A stretch of 63,481 nt of DNA, counting the filler, from Rhabdomonas costata (taxonomy: Eukaryota): assembly GCA_019059605.1 (NCBI GenBank). It is 47 parts of 47 records of this genome, joined end to end, with 100 filler letters (N's around TTAATTAATTAA, not from the genome) between each part and the next. Parts side by side here need not be neighbours in the genome. Positions count along the whole stretch, not along the records: positions 37,888 to 39,140 come from JAHMHO010021826.1; positions 39,241 to 40,493 come from JAHMHO010021827.1; positions 40,594 to 41,846 come from JAHMHO010021828.1; positions 41,947 to 43,199 come from JAHMHO010021829.1; positions 43,300 to 44,552 come from JAHMHO010021830.1; positions 44,653 to 45,905 come from JAHMHO010021831.1; positions 46,006 to 47,258 come from JAHMHO010021832.1; positions 47,359 to 48,610 come from JAHMHO010021833.1; 39 more parts are not named here. One strand, 5' to 3'. Position 1 is the first letter of the stretch; each line of letters begins with the position of its first letter. Below are positions 38,176-50,470 of this stretch, piece after piece. Made by a program: the position numbers and the translations under genes. Below the pieces are notes generated by a model. It had not been told where the DNA came from. It searched no databases and saw nothing but the letters and a program-made list of their open reading frames with translations.

Positions 38176-39041
38176 ATGTTGGGCAGGCTGCTCGCCCGTC
38201 GAGGGCTGGGCACAGCGGTGTTGTCCTCAGGGAGTAAGGGCTGGCGACGATGCTCCCAGCCCGGGGGGTCGGAGAGTACTCCTCGCCAGCACCTCGGTGC
38301 AGCCTTTTCCACCACCTCGTCCCAGCCTGGTGGAATGGATGACCTCCTTCGGGCCCTCACCCCATCGCCTACCTCTGGTCTCTGGTGGCGTGCTTTCCCA
38401 ATTTCGGAAAAACTTTGTTGGTTTCTGCACGCGTCCTGGAGATATTTCGCGGGTCATGTCAAAAGTGAGAGGTACGGAGCTGAGAGGATAATTCGGCAAA
38501 AAAAACTGATCAAGGATCCTCAAAGTCGAGATTCGATGACACTGAAAACCATGTCACTATGTAGCCTGTTCAGTGCGCCGTTTGCGAAGATATAATTCCA
38601 ACCAACCAAGCTGTTCAAATGCTACATTTCAATAGAAATTCCACAGCAGATTGTTTTTCATAGGAAATATGGCTTTTGAGGAAAACGGTACTTCTAAAAA
38701 AACTGTCACGATGGCGCGGGCACCATGTGGGAAGTCGAAGTTAATTTGTGTGTTTTTACATTTGGCTGGTTCTGGTTCTGGGTCACCCTTGGTATCGAAT
38801 TCACCAATTCTTGTCCGCACCCAGAACGTGATTTTCTTTTTGCAGCCTGTGCCCTTGATGACGATGGCCTTTTGCAATACTTTCCTGGCGGAAAGTGCAT
38901 GTGTCATGCCTTCACAAGTCACAAGGAGCAATAATATGTTTGCAGTATGGTCTTGGTGCGCTGAGGGCGTTTTTCTACGTGCCACAGAGCCTGGACGGTT
39001 CGAGTGCGCAGCCTACGACATGGGGTGGGGCCAGACCTTTG
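38176..39041 (+). CDS. Acyl-CoA thioesterase II (TesB/ACOT8-like), first two exons, with a likely mitochondrial presequence
   Basis: Exon 38176-38377 (MLGRLLARRGLG...MDDLLRALTPSPTS) plus exon 38988-39041 (EPGRFECAAYDMGWGQTFG), phase 1; resembles TesB GLF.G.S.DLG...VFGG. Confidence 0.6.
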
Positions 39042-39249
39042 GTGTGCACTGGCGCTGGCCAGGGCTTGCGCCACCAGCAGCCCGCCAAAGGTCTGGCCAG
39101 CGCCAGTGCACACATCCGGGCCAGCCACACCCTCCCGCACNNNNNNNNNNNNNNNNNNNNNNNNNNNNNNNNNNNNNNNNNNNNTTAATTAATTAANNNN
39201 NNNNNNNNNNNNNNNNNNNNNNNNNNNNNNNNNNNNNNNNGTGTTGGTG

Positions 39250-40140
39250 TGGATCCTCCGTAGCAAATGAGTGCGCATGGCAGAAAGCGCGGGCAACGGG
39301 CCTTAAGCATGACGTTGCGGTTCACGGTGTTGTAGGCATTCGAGAAGACAGAAAGAACAGCACGCCCGACTGGGGCGGAACGAGCCCACTCGCGAACCTT
39401 GAAGATAATGGACTCGACAGCGCCTTGCTGGCCGACGCTCACCTGAAGAGGAGCGAGCAAGGAGGGCTCACTCTGATACCTCGTCACAAGCACTTTGGCA
39501 GCCAGCCTTCGAAGGGTTTCCCCGATTGCGATGGGTCTGACACCTCTCGGCATCCTGGGTATATATTTTCCCGGACGCTAAGGCAGAGCAGAAGCGGGCA
39601 ATACTCCATCAGGTGTTGCTCGTCAGCGCCCGTTGCCCGCGGCCCGTTGGTATGTGCGCAGCCATGAGGCCCGAAGGACCAGCACCAGAGCCAGGCGGAA
39701 AGGACTTCAGGGCATTTGCCACGAATTCATCGAATTCATCAATTTTGGTCTGGTGCCTGCGGGAGAAGAGCCCGCAGGGCCTCTTCAGTGTCGCCCCCCA
39801 GCGATTCGTCAGCGCTGAGGAGGATTTTGGTTGCCTTAGAGCGCCCTCTTTAACAGCCCTGAGCACGGCTCGGCGCACGCTCGCAGAAACAGGTGGTGGC
39901 TCATCTGCAGGCTGGGAAGATTGCTTCTGCGAAGAAAGCTTGCTTTGACAGGCTTTGCGGGTGGCAGCTCGGATTTCCGCTTGCAGGGCGTCACGCCGAA
40001 CAGAAACCCACATGAGCAACCGCCGCTCAACAACCTGGGCGCACAGGCGGTCACGGCGCTTGGAGCGAGGATAAGGCGGGGCATGCGTGTGATATAGAGC
40101 GCTCGGAGACGGCTCGGCTCAGCGAGGAAAACGTCCAGGT
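39250..40140 (-). mobile_element. Decayed non-LTR retrotransposon reverse transcriptase, CRE-like
   Basis: ALKSFPPGSGAGPSGL..AHI, GVRPIAIGETLRRLAAK, Q.SVG..GA.ESI, FSNAYNTV.R, CYG; frameshifted, and the catalytic Asp before FSNAYN appears deleted. Confidence 0.82.
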
Positions 40141-42519
40141 CGGTGGCAAGAGGTGACTGTTGAAAGAGCGACTGTTGACTGGATAAGGAGAGATAAACGG
40201 CAAGCTCTTTTTGACATTAAAGTGAAAAAAGGCAAGACAAAGAAGAATGCAAGAGTAAACGCCCAATTTCGTGACTTTTTTCTTGAGAAAAGAGCTCCTT
40301 CACAGAGCTATCGTAATTCGTGGTCAGGTGGTGCTCAATGAAATGATACATACATTATCATGGAATGGCAAATGAGTCTATTTGGGTTTCGGTCTATCTG
40401 CTAAAAACAAAATCAGCATTACAGAATTTCTTCAGTTCATGCCGGAAAAACGTTACTGCATGGAAGGTGGAGGGAAACATTCAACCACCACACNNNNNNN
40501 NNNNNNNNNNNNNNNNNNNNNNNNNNNNNNNNNNNNNTTAATTAATTAANNNNNNNNNNNNNNNNNNNNNNNNNNNNNNNNNNNNNNNNNNNNTGTGTTT
40601 CTTCGTGTCCTCCAAGCGCTAACTAGCACGAAAAAACATTTCGACAATAATTCATAGGTTATCATCAGCAAAGGTCAATCATGTCCAGTGCACTGAAGTG
40701 AACCTCATCAAACAACTTGCTGCAAGCAAGGCCTGAAGCATCACCAGTGCCACTACCAAAGGTTGAGGAACGCCGAATGGTGGGCTACCTCCTCCCCTCT
40801 CGCGACTGTCACCGTTTGTCAATGTCAGCGTAGCCTTGGAAAAAAGACAGCAGAAGTCGAAGCATGGTAGGAAAAGAAGCAACTGCAGGGCCGCAGGGTG
40901 TGGATGTGAATGATTGTGGATGTGATGATTGGGGGCGGGAAGCTCAGCTCGACGGATCGGGAGGCGCGGCGGCCGCAGTGCGGGCGCGATGGCGGGCCAG
41001 TGCCGAGCGCAGAACGGCGAAGGAGCCTCTCAACGCCTCGGGAAGTGGTCCTGCAACAAAGCGAGGGGACGACTAAACTACCAGAACGTATATACTCTTT
41101 ACCATGTGCAATGTGCGCTTTGCTGCGGGCACGTGCAAGGGTCACTGAACGTGATCTCGTACCACCCGACATGCCACACACGGCAGCACGATCCCATAGG
41201 CCGTGACAGCATTACCAATTCAGGCGTGCAGACCGCAGCAGATTATAAGGTGCGCCCCCCCCCCTCCGCACACACAAACAAATAAAGAAACAATTCAGCG
41301 ACAGAGACCAGAGAGTCTGCGAAACTAATCGGAACCAAGTGCGGAACACTGAGTGTGCCGAACACATGCACATCTGAGCATTTGACCATGAGTAAAATAG
41401 GAAGCTGTATCCTCCTTCCCTCCCGCTCGTCTGGTTACACTCTTTTCTTTGTCTGGGAGTGGCTTTCTCTTTGATTAACACCTCTCCCTCGTCGGTTCTG
41501 CTGGCTCTGGTTTATATCTGTTATGTAGGCTCTGTTGGCACATTCCTTCCCTTTCAGAATACAGAGACTCCCTGCTGGTTGGGGGGGTTCCCAGTGCGGC
41601 CTCCGCAGGAGCAGCGCCTCTCTCTCTCTCTCTCTCTCTCTTCTAGCTCCCGGCTCAGTCCTGGTGACAAAGAAGCGAAAGGCCCGGAGGCCCTCAATGA
41701 TAATGATGAGCCTCAAAAAATTAAAAATCTGAGCATTTCGCATTACCGCTGATTGGAGCAAAACAAATATTCCTCAGAGGCTGCGCAGCGCTCGCCCAAA
41801 CGGGTGTGGCGGCAAAAAGTATCCATTCCCCCCCCCACCCCAAACANNNNNNNNNNNNNNNNNNNNNNNNNNNNNNNNNNNNNNNNNNNNTTAATTAATT
41901 AANNNNNNNNNNNNNNNNNNNNNNNNNNNNNNNNNNNNNNNNNNNNTGGTAATCAGGAATACCCGTTCCTCGCGCTCGATAACCGAGTGACTCCCAGGCA
42001 CGTTGATTCCTGATTACCACCAAATATTTTCACTGGGCGATTTCCGATAACTTCGATCAGTCGATTAATAATCCTACGTCTCGCGGGCGCTGGTGCTTAC
42101 ACCGGTGCACTGGATTTCCGTGGCTTCTGCCCCAGAAGGGCAATGAACGGTTCAATGGGGTTACAGGTCCCCTTTTTAGAGAGTGCTGGTTACTCTCGAG
42201 CTTCCACTCAAACGCGCGCGCGAGCGAAAACACGAGAGCAAGGGGACGTCGTCAGTCACAAGAAACCCGCGCATGACAACAGCAGCAAAGTGCTTGCTGA
42301 CGTTCTGTCAGAAACAGGGTAAGGTGACCTTTGCCACCCCCACACTAATGGCCAGTTTTTCCTGGTCCAGGATGTCTCTCCGCTGCGCTCCGCGGCCCAA
42401 GATCCTAAGCGCTAAGACAGGATGGGTGTGTGTCATGGCCAAGGCAAAATTCTCAAGAAGGGATGGTTGTTCTTTGATGCCCTAATAATGTCAACATTTT
42501 ATAAAAGATGAATACAGTG

Positions 42520-43190
42520 AGTGCGTCCGTTCGAGCCAGTCTGCAACTCCCCGCATCGCCATCCTGATGACGTATTCAAACATGAGGATGAACAACGTCG
42601 GCGAAAGGACACATCTCTGGCGGACACCTGCTGTAGGTTTAAAGGACCCCTGGCCTGCCTCCGAAGGTGTAGTGCGCACCCAGACTTCCGCTATGGCATA
42701 GAGGACTCGGATGACGGATATGAGATCCTCCACTGATTCACAGCGCGTGCCAGAAGAGTTCCCAGCTTACTGTGTCAAAAGCCTGCGTCAGGTCTATGAA
42801 ACATGCAGCTGGCCATCCCTTTTCCGCCGGAATTTTTCACAGAGGATACGGTACGTAATATCGCATCTGTAGTGCTTCGATTACCCCTGAATCCGTGTTG
42901 ATACTCACCCACCGTGTCCTCGACCATGGGCGTGAGCCGTCCGAGGAGGACCTTCATCATGACCTTGCAGGCCATCGGCACCAAGCTGATGGGGCGGTAA
43001 GAGGCGGCGTGGTCCGGTGGCTTCCCTTTCTTCAGTATGGGGACGATCTCGGAGAGCGCCCATTCCCTGGGTATGAGGCCCTCAGTCCACACCACTTGAC
43101 AGATGCGCTGTAGTGGACTGACAACGGCATCGCTGCCAAGTTGGAGGAGTTCTGCACACAGTCCGTCAGGTGACTTGCCGACTCTTACCA
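42520..43190 (-). mobile_element. Decayed LINE (RTE-like) reverse transcriptase
   Basis: PDGL.AELL, IP.EW...IVPILKKG, YRPISL, QHGFR..RST.DAI, then after frameshifts FIDLTQAFD and GVRQ.CVLSPTLF; truncated before YADD. Confidence 0.88.
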
Positions 43191-43456
43191 CCCCCCCCCN
43201 NNNNNNNNNNNNNNNNNNNNNNNNNNNNNNNNNNNNNNNNNNNTTAATTAATTAANNNNNNNNNNNNNNNNNNNNNNNNNNNNNNNNNNNNNNNNNNNNT
43301 TTTTGTGTTTTGACAACGCTTCTTGCTCATGTTGCTGAGAATGCTGCAGGTATATGTCAAGCACCGGAATTAGCTTGTAAACCATTGATCTGAAGGCTAG
43401 GCTTGGTGCTTTTATTGTTGGCCGTGTGTGTGTGTGTGTGTGTGTTGGACGTGCAG

Positions 43457-43889
43457 TGTTCTCGAAACTGGGAGGGCCCGGGCTGGAGGGGGAGGTTGCC
43501 AGGGCCAAGGTGGTGTTCGTGGCCCTGAACCTCCTGGGGCTTGGAGTGGCCATGGTGAAGTGCTACTGGATGGGCCTGCTGCCCACCGCGGCCTCAGACT
43601 GGGTCGACGGGACACCGCCAACGGTATTCTGGCTCAGCTCACCCCACTCTTTGAATCAGGGGGGGGTCCTTCTGATGAGCAGAAGCGTGTATGAATGCAA
43701 GTCCCGTGACGTGCGTTCGGTTTCTTTGACGGTTCTTGTATCGGCGGCATTGCTCTGAGTACACCGTGAACACGCGTGCATCCTGTCACCATTGTTATGT
43801 TTCCTTATTACCCAGCTCATGACCCCCGTTCCCTCGCTTCGATTCTCTCCTCACAGTATCGAGAGTTCACGAGCGGCGCAGTGCTGTAG
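43457..43889 (+). CDS. EMC4: ER membrane protein complex subunit 4, last two exons
   Basis: Exon 43457-43623 ...LNLLGLGVAMVKCYWMGLLPTAASDW... plus exon 43857-43889 YREFTSGAVL-stop; KCxxMGLLPTxxSDW is the EMC4 signature. Confidence 0.88.
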
Positions 43890-44668
43890 CTGCGAACGCA
43901 TGCTCTGGCGGACGGCTTTGTCTTTCAGTGATCACGTGGTTTACTGTGCTGTGCTTTGGAAAGCTTTCTAACTTCGAGAGCTTCCTACTTTTCCAAAAAT
44001 ATTACATGGGCAAATCCGCGAAACGGTTTACATATTGTAAATCAGCAGCCAACAACCAGCAACCACCTTTCATGGCTCTGAATCGAATTCTTGAAGTGCC
44101 CCCCCTTTTTTATTTTCGGTCAACGACAACTACCTGCTTAGCGCAGTTTCACCTCTGTGGAGGTCATAACCCCAACACGAGTGGTCAGCACACACGTTCG
44201 CCCAAACAGATCGCCTTTTCTTCTCCAGCTGTGGTTGAGGACACCGAAGACAAAGCAAAGGAAAAAAGAGACGGGCGCCTTCTGGCTTCATATTCTCCTC
44301 AACAAGTTTGTTTCTGCACATCATCTTTCCAGGTTATAATGTTGGCGCAACGTTAAAAAGCTGGACTTGGGGCCCGGAAAATCAATTGAAAAAAGGACAA
44401 ACTTCCAGCACCCACCGTTTAGGAAGACGCACGCCTTGGCACGCCACGCCTGGTTGTCTACCGCGGCCTTTCCGTCTTCTCTCCGGATGCCCTCCTTCGC
44501 CGGAAGGTGGTTCCCGCTAGTACCCGCCGCCGGGAAGGTTTCACCCCCCAAANNNNNNNNNNNNNNNNNNNNNNNNNNNNNNNNNNNNNNNNNNNNTTAA
44601 TTAATTAANNNNNNNNNNNNNNNNNNNNNNNNNNNNNNNNNNNNNNNNNNNNTTTGTGTGGGGTGCAG

Positions 44669-44815
44669 GCAACAGCAAGTCGGGCTGAAGTACTTCTCAG
44701 AGCTGCAGCAGAGGATCCCTCGTGCGGAGGTCACCCTGATCGAGGGGGTGGTGCGCCAGGCCGCGGAGAAGCTGAGACTGGGGCTTAGCCTCACCACATG
44801 CGGGAGTTACCGCAG
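44669..44815 (+). CDS. X-family DNA polymerase (lambda/beta-like) exon
   Basis: QQQVGLKYFSELQQRIPRAEV...TCGSYRR|GTATG. Confidence 0.88.
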
Positions 44816-45165
44816 GTATGCCCGCCTTCCTGTATGCAACCGCCCAGGTCAGCCCCGGCGCTTTTCGGGATATTCCGTTTGTCCTGTGCTGTAACGGCCA
44901 TTACGTGTATTGACATGCGACCCATCAGAGTGATGTCAGTGTATCGCAATGAGGATAGGAGGTGAGCACCTGGTCTATGCATTTAGTGAGTATCACTCCC
45001 TGTCCTACTTGGCTAAAGGAGACATTCTTCGAGCACCCAGGTCGCGGGAGAAAAGTGCAGGAACCGGATATATTGTTGTTGATTGATTGCAATCGTCTGT
45101 TGAAGTAAAGGTCCAGTAGAGGGACGATGCTGACTCCACGCAAATGCACGCGCGCGTACACACGT

Positions 45166-45258
45166 TCTTTCTGAAGTGTGTGATTGTTTTCGAGTTTCCA
45201 CACACGCAAGTGCGCGCGAAGACAAGAAAACCAAAGGTGATTTCGTCAGCGAAGCAAA
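45166..45258. repeat. Interspersed non-coding repeat, copy 1 (copy 2 at 49323-49411)
   Basis: Shared TCTTTCTGAAGTGTGT...GTTTCCACACACGCAA..CGCG.GCGAAGACAA...AAAGG.GA...TCAGCGAA.CAAA. Confidence 0.75.
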
Positions 45259-46055
45259 CCTCCACATGACAGCAACAGTGAAGAGCGTCAGGCGCAGTCA
45301 GTTTCTCTCCCCGTTCCACACACACACACACACACTCACACACAAGAACAATACAAAATAAGGTCACCCCTTTCACCCTCCCGTCCTCTCACTGAAACCT
45401 ACTCACATCCACCGCCTCAAGGCGAGAGCTTCACACTGCCTCATCACAGCTGTAACAGCTCTGCCAGTTGGACTGGAGCACCACCTGCATCTCTTTGGGT
45501 AGGCAACCTATCGGGGTTCCATGCCGAAGCAGCTCGCACCCGAAGGCGCGGTACCAGCGGCGCGTCGGGTAACCCCGCCGACGCAGAAAACGCACCGCCT
45601 GACGACTGGAGTTCGCGTGCCGCACCAGCTTGGAGGCCATCCTGCCAGCAGTCCACGCAGCAGAGCAGGCGCACGTGAATCCTGTCACTCCGGCCAGGTT
45701 CTCACGTCGCCTCTCTCGCCCTGGCGATTGGCATGAGTCCGATCCGCCAAGGTGGCCTTCACCGCGGCTTCGCTCCTCCAGTCCAGTCGCAGCTCCAGGC
45801 ACCGTGCGACTCTGCCTGCCCGCTCAAACCCAACGGGCTTCAGCAGCAGCCTGCTCAACTCAGCCGCGGTTCCCTCCCGCTCGGCAGCAGTTCTCCACCC
45901 ACACCNNNNNNNNNNNNNNNNNNNNNNNNNNNNNNNNNNNNNNNNNNNNTTAATTAATTAANNNNNNNNNNNNNNNNNNNNNNNNNNNNNNNNNNNNNNN
46001 NNNNNTTTTGGGTGGATACCAATGCGTAAGTGTGTGGTGCGTTGCGGAGCGAGAC

Positions 46056-47193
46056 CTCCTTCAGGGACTTCAGGACGGCCATCTGGGCCTTCATCGAGGC
46101 CGAGAGGAGGGTCAACGGGTACGCCGCCACGGCGTACCCCATGGCCTGCAGCCTGGCGTGGCTCAGGATTGGGGTCAGCCCGTGCTCCAGCATGTTGGCC
46201 AGCTTCGGACCCTCCACGGCGGCGCAGTACCGCTCCATCTCCGCTTCGCTCTGCGGAGCCTCCAGGAAGGTCAGGTCCGCCCCGAGCTCCCGGAAAAGCT
46301 TCACAGCATAAGGGCAACAACTCACTTCCTTTTATCATCTCACACACATTCAGGAACGCCATTCGATTCCGCCGTTGCCCCCATTCTTCCTTCAAGTCAC
46401 TGGGACAGGCCGTGAATTGAGCAAAGCAGAGACACGCGCGGGGCCTCCCATATAAGCCTCCTAGAACGTTGCGGAACCAGTCCTTTGACCGCTTGAATTC
46501 TCCCCTTGTGATGTAACGCAAATGGCTGCAAAAGTGATGCAAAAATGGTCCAGCCTGGAATGCACATCGCCATCCTATCAACCCCCATCAAATAATTATA
46601 CTGAAAGCGTGGTTCCGTTGCCTACCTTCCCACGCGACAGTATTAAAATTCTTGCCAATTTAGTCCACATAACTTTCCGAAACCAGGTTCTTGAAACCGA
46701 CCGTCAAGTGACAAAGGACATCGGATAACAAATGGGAAAGAAGCCGATGATGTGCGGATATGCGGTAGTGCTGAGATCCCGAAAATGCTGAGAATCCCGG
46801 AAATGCTGAAAGGAGTCGATTCGGGCGGAACACTATCCTTCCGTAAGCACTTCTCAGCTGCAAATCCCTGCTGCTCACACAATGTGCGTTAACACCAGCG
46901 GCCTTTGCCTTCAAATTTGTTCCTCTGGTATCCACCCCAGAGCTTTCGCGACGTCAGCGTCGGCATTCTTCTAACCATGTTATAACACCTGAAGAGATGA
47001 ACATTGAAAAAGTCAATCTCGGATCAGCCGTTTCGGAGCCGCACACCTTGCAGCGGGTGATCGCCTCATCGAGGCTGACGCACTGCCGTGCATCTGTACG
47101 GGCAAAGATTAGAATGTCCTGTCCAGAGGGGAGCTCCGATCGGGCATCCACGGCGGCCCGAACCCGGGCAAGCGCCTCCTCCCGAGAGACCAC
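46056..47193 (-). CDS. Isocitrate lyase / PEP mutase superfamily enzyme (methylisocitrate lyase / CPEP-mutase-like), two exons
   Basis: Exon 47193-47047 VVSREEALARVRAAVDAR...IFARTDAR...AITRCK|GTGTG plus exon 46298-46056 LFRELGADLTFLEAP...KLANMLEHGLTP...AYPL, phase 0. Confidence 0.9.
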
Positions 47194-48038
47194 CTTGCCC
47201 CCACCCCACACACAAACACTGCATCAGCTACCACACAAGCGTGAACAACAACAAAAAANNNNNNNNNNNNNNNNNNNNNNNNNNNNNNNNNNNNNNNNNN
47301 NNTTAATTAATTAANNNNNNNNNNNNNNNNNNNNNNNNNNNNNNNNNNNNNNNNNNNNCCCCCCCCCCCCCCCCCCCCAAAAAAAAGGGGGCGGGAAAAG
47401 GGAGTAGAACGTGCAGAAACCTGGAACGGGGCTGGCCCAGCATCAAGATGGGTCGTGAAGTTAATCGCCGTATATCGCCACATACCGCAGCATACCTTTG
47501 CTTGGATCACTGGCATCATTTATCGAAGATGAAGCTTGCAAAGTGCAGACTGCAGATTTCGATTCGAATCCCAGCCGATCATTAATCGTCTTCCAGCAGT
47601 GTGGGAACCTGTGCTGTTGCACAACGCCCCCCCCGTCGTGGGTCGTGGACCTTTTGCACTAATGAAGCAGTTCTTTTCTGCACACGCTGGTTCCAGTTCT
47701 GTCATTAACTCATTAACACTAGTTACCATGGGGAGGGGGGCACGTTGATGACGGATTTGATAACATTGAGGCACTCAAAACGTTACGGAGCCCGTCCTTT
47801 CACTCTCAGACGGCGTGGGTTTCTGTTTTTTTAAATTTCGCTAAAGCACAGTATTGTGGCATGCTCCCCCAACGCCTGAACAGTTTCGTGCTGTTCGGCA
47901 AAAGTTCCAGACAGCAGTCGAACATGAATTTCGTCACCCAACTTCAGCGCGCAGATTCCACAGACGTCAATTCCACATACGGGAATTAACAACAACCACC
48001 CATCCGCTTCTCGTTGCTCCATCCGAAGTGCAACCCAC

Positions 48039-48264
48039 CAGTGTCTGTGGAGACCCCCGCGGAGCGCGTCAGCAGGAGCTTCGCCGTGGGCACGTTGCAC
48101 ACGCAGCACGTGTCGCGGCCCCCCTTCACCCGCATCCGCAGCGCACACAGGTGGCACAGCACGTGGTTGCACTGGTACACCGCGGCGATAGTGATGCCTT
48201 CGTGGCATACCAGGCACACCGCGGACTGGTCATCCCCGTTCGCACCTCCGCCAGCCCCAGACAT
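48039..48264 (-). CDS. RING-HC E3 ligase, ZNF598/Hel2-like, first exon
   Basis: ATG at 48264; CLVC...CNHVLCHLCALRMRV...CCVC; C.H..C..C..RMR matches the ZNF598/Hel2 pattern. Confidence 0.75.
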
Positions 48265-48861
48265 CCTTCACCAGGGCGACAGGCCCCAACGGCCACAAAG
48301 GGAGGGAAAGGGAGGGGTGGAAAGCAGCCTGGCGGCGGCAAAAGGTCCCCGAGGTCTAAACCCCCAAATTATCGCCAGCAGCGTGGGCGACTGCAACCGT
48401 TGCATAAGCCTATCCTATCCTATCCTCAACTATCCAGCTAACTCTAACCCTTCATTGTGACAATATTCTCTCAACTATTGGCTGCCTAACTGCAACCCTA
48501 CAACCACAACCCTGTAGCAAGTTCTTGAATCTGTCATACACTGTTGCCGTTGACCGTTAACCCAAACCTTAAACCTAGCATTGAGTTTGAGATCCCCACA
48601 CACCCAACACNNNNNNNNNNNNNNNNNNNNNNNNNNNNNNNNNNNNNNNNNNNNTTAATTAATTAANNNNNNNNNNNNNNNNNNNNNNNNNNNNNNNNNN
48701 NNNNNNNNNNAGGTTTGGGGAAGCAAAACTGGGATAAATACGTGAGACTTGAGAGAAAAAATACCACCGAGAAAGAACAAAGCCTGGCAAAGCAGCGAGT
48801 AACTGTCGCGAAAAAACAATGTTGCAGAAGGCATCCAGAGTAGCTACCACAACAAACGTAC

Positions 48862-49945
48862 CACGGTGGGGGAGAGCTTGATTCCAACTTTGTGGGAGGC
48901 TCCGCCAACGGCCTCGATGACGGCCTCAAGGGTCTCCATGACAAAGCTTTGCAACATACCCCGCCCGACCTCATCATAATCATATCCGTATAGAAAACGT
49001 ACAATCAAACTGGCAACAGAGAATGTACGATGATTTGCTATCCTGTGGTTTCGAGAGCTGCAGAAAAAACACAAAAGGAAATAACTGAGGGCCGGCTCTG
49101 ATAAGAAGCAGATATTACTGGGGCCGAACCCTTGGCATTGCTCGAGACATGTTTAAAAAAAGATGTGAGAGGAACAGCGTTACCAGCAACACTTTTGAGG
49201 AATAGAGGGATAGTAAGTCTCACCTTGTCAGCAGGGTCACTTCTTGCGCGTTGGGAAGCTGTGTTTTGAATATACCAACACGTATGTCAACCGTAAGGGG
49301 GGCGGGGGTAAAAATATACCGATCTTTCTGAAGTGTGTTCTTATCGTGTTTCCACACACGCAATCGCGGGCGAAGACAAAAAACAAAGGGGAACGTCTTC
49401 AGCGAAACAAATAGCGACGTTTCCCAATATTTGTGTGTGACCTTAGCTGTAGTTTTTGCCTTTTTGACATTACACAGCTCGTAAATAAAAATGCCCAAGC
49501 TCCCTTCATTCACACACAGACAGATCCACACCGGCAGCGGTTGTCCACGTTCCCCCCGTACGCATCGGTGCGCTGGTTCACGTTGGAGCTGAGGAACTGG
49601 TGCGGGAGGTACCCCGACGCGGCGTGCAGCTCCACCCCATCAAACCCCGCGCTCAGCGCGGTCTCCGCGGCTTGAGCGAACTCCTGGATCGTGGCGTGCA
49701 CCTCTCGAGTGCTCAGGGCCCGGGGAGCAGCGTAGTCCTGCATCTGGGCTTGGTCCGTCCAGATCTGGCCCGCCGCACGCACTGCGGAGGGTGCCACCGG
49801 GGGCTCGAGGGTGGGTCGGTTCAACGGGTGTGCCAGCCGACCGCAGTGCCACAGCTGTAGGAAGATCGCTGAGCCCTTGTCGTGGACGGCCTGGGTAACC
49901 TTCCGCCAGGCCAGGACGTGGGGAAGGGTGTAGATGCCTGGGGTG
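48862..49945 (-). CDS. Old Yellow Enzyme (NADH:flavin oxidoreductase / alkene reductase), two exons
   Basis: Exon ~49945-49532 TPGIY...QLWHCGR...AGFDGVELHAASGYL..QFL...N.RTD.YGG...NRCR plus exon 48946-48862 FVMETLEAV...VGIKLSP, phase 2. Confidence 0.93.
49323..49411. repeat. Interspersed non-coding repeat, copy 2, inside the OYE intron
   Basis: Similar to 45166-45258. Confidence 0.75.
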
Positions 49946-50470
49946 CTGTAAACACGCCACACANNNNNNNNNNNNNNNNNNNNNNNNNNNNNNNNNNNNN
50001 NNNNNNNTTAATTAATTAANNNNNNNNNNNNNNNNNNNNNNNNNNNNNNNNNNNNNNNNNNNNGGGGTGTGGAGAATGCTCTGCTGCGGGACGGAGTTCG
50101 GGTGGGCTTGATGCCCAGGTTGAGGCTGAGGACATGAGATGGAAGGATGTGAAGCTGTTGTAGGTGTTTGCATGTGCTCAGGATGTGACAAAAGCTTGCC
50201 TGCACTCGCAGTTTGGTTGCCGGTTTTTTCCTTCCGAGACGACGGCTTTTGTTGTGTGGGCACAGTGCGTCAGGACAAGAAGTGCAAGGCGTGGAACACG
50301 CGAGGTCCCCTCACTTAGGCATTAGCCCTTCCTGACAGACGGCTGTCCGCGCAGCCAATGCGGGTTGGCACGATAGCCCAGGGCACTACGCTTCGCTCGC
50401 TCCAGGAGCGTTTGGAGCGTTTGCTGATCCATAAAGCTGACTTAATGCGTACATGCACACGCACAAACAC

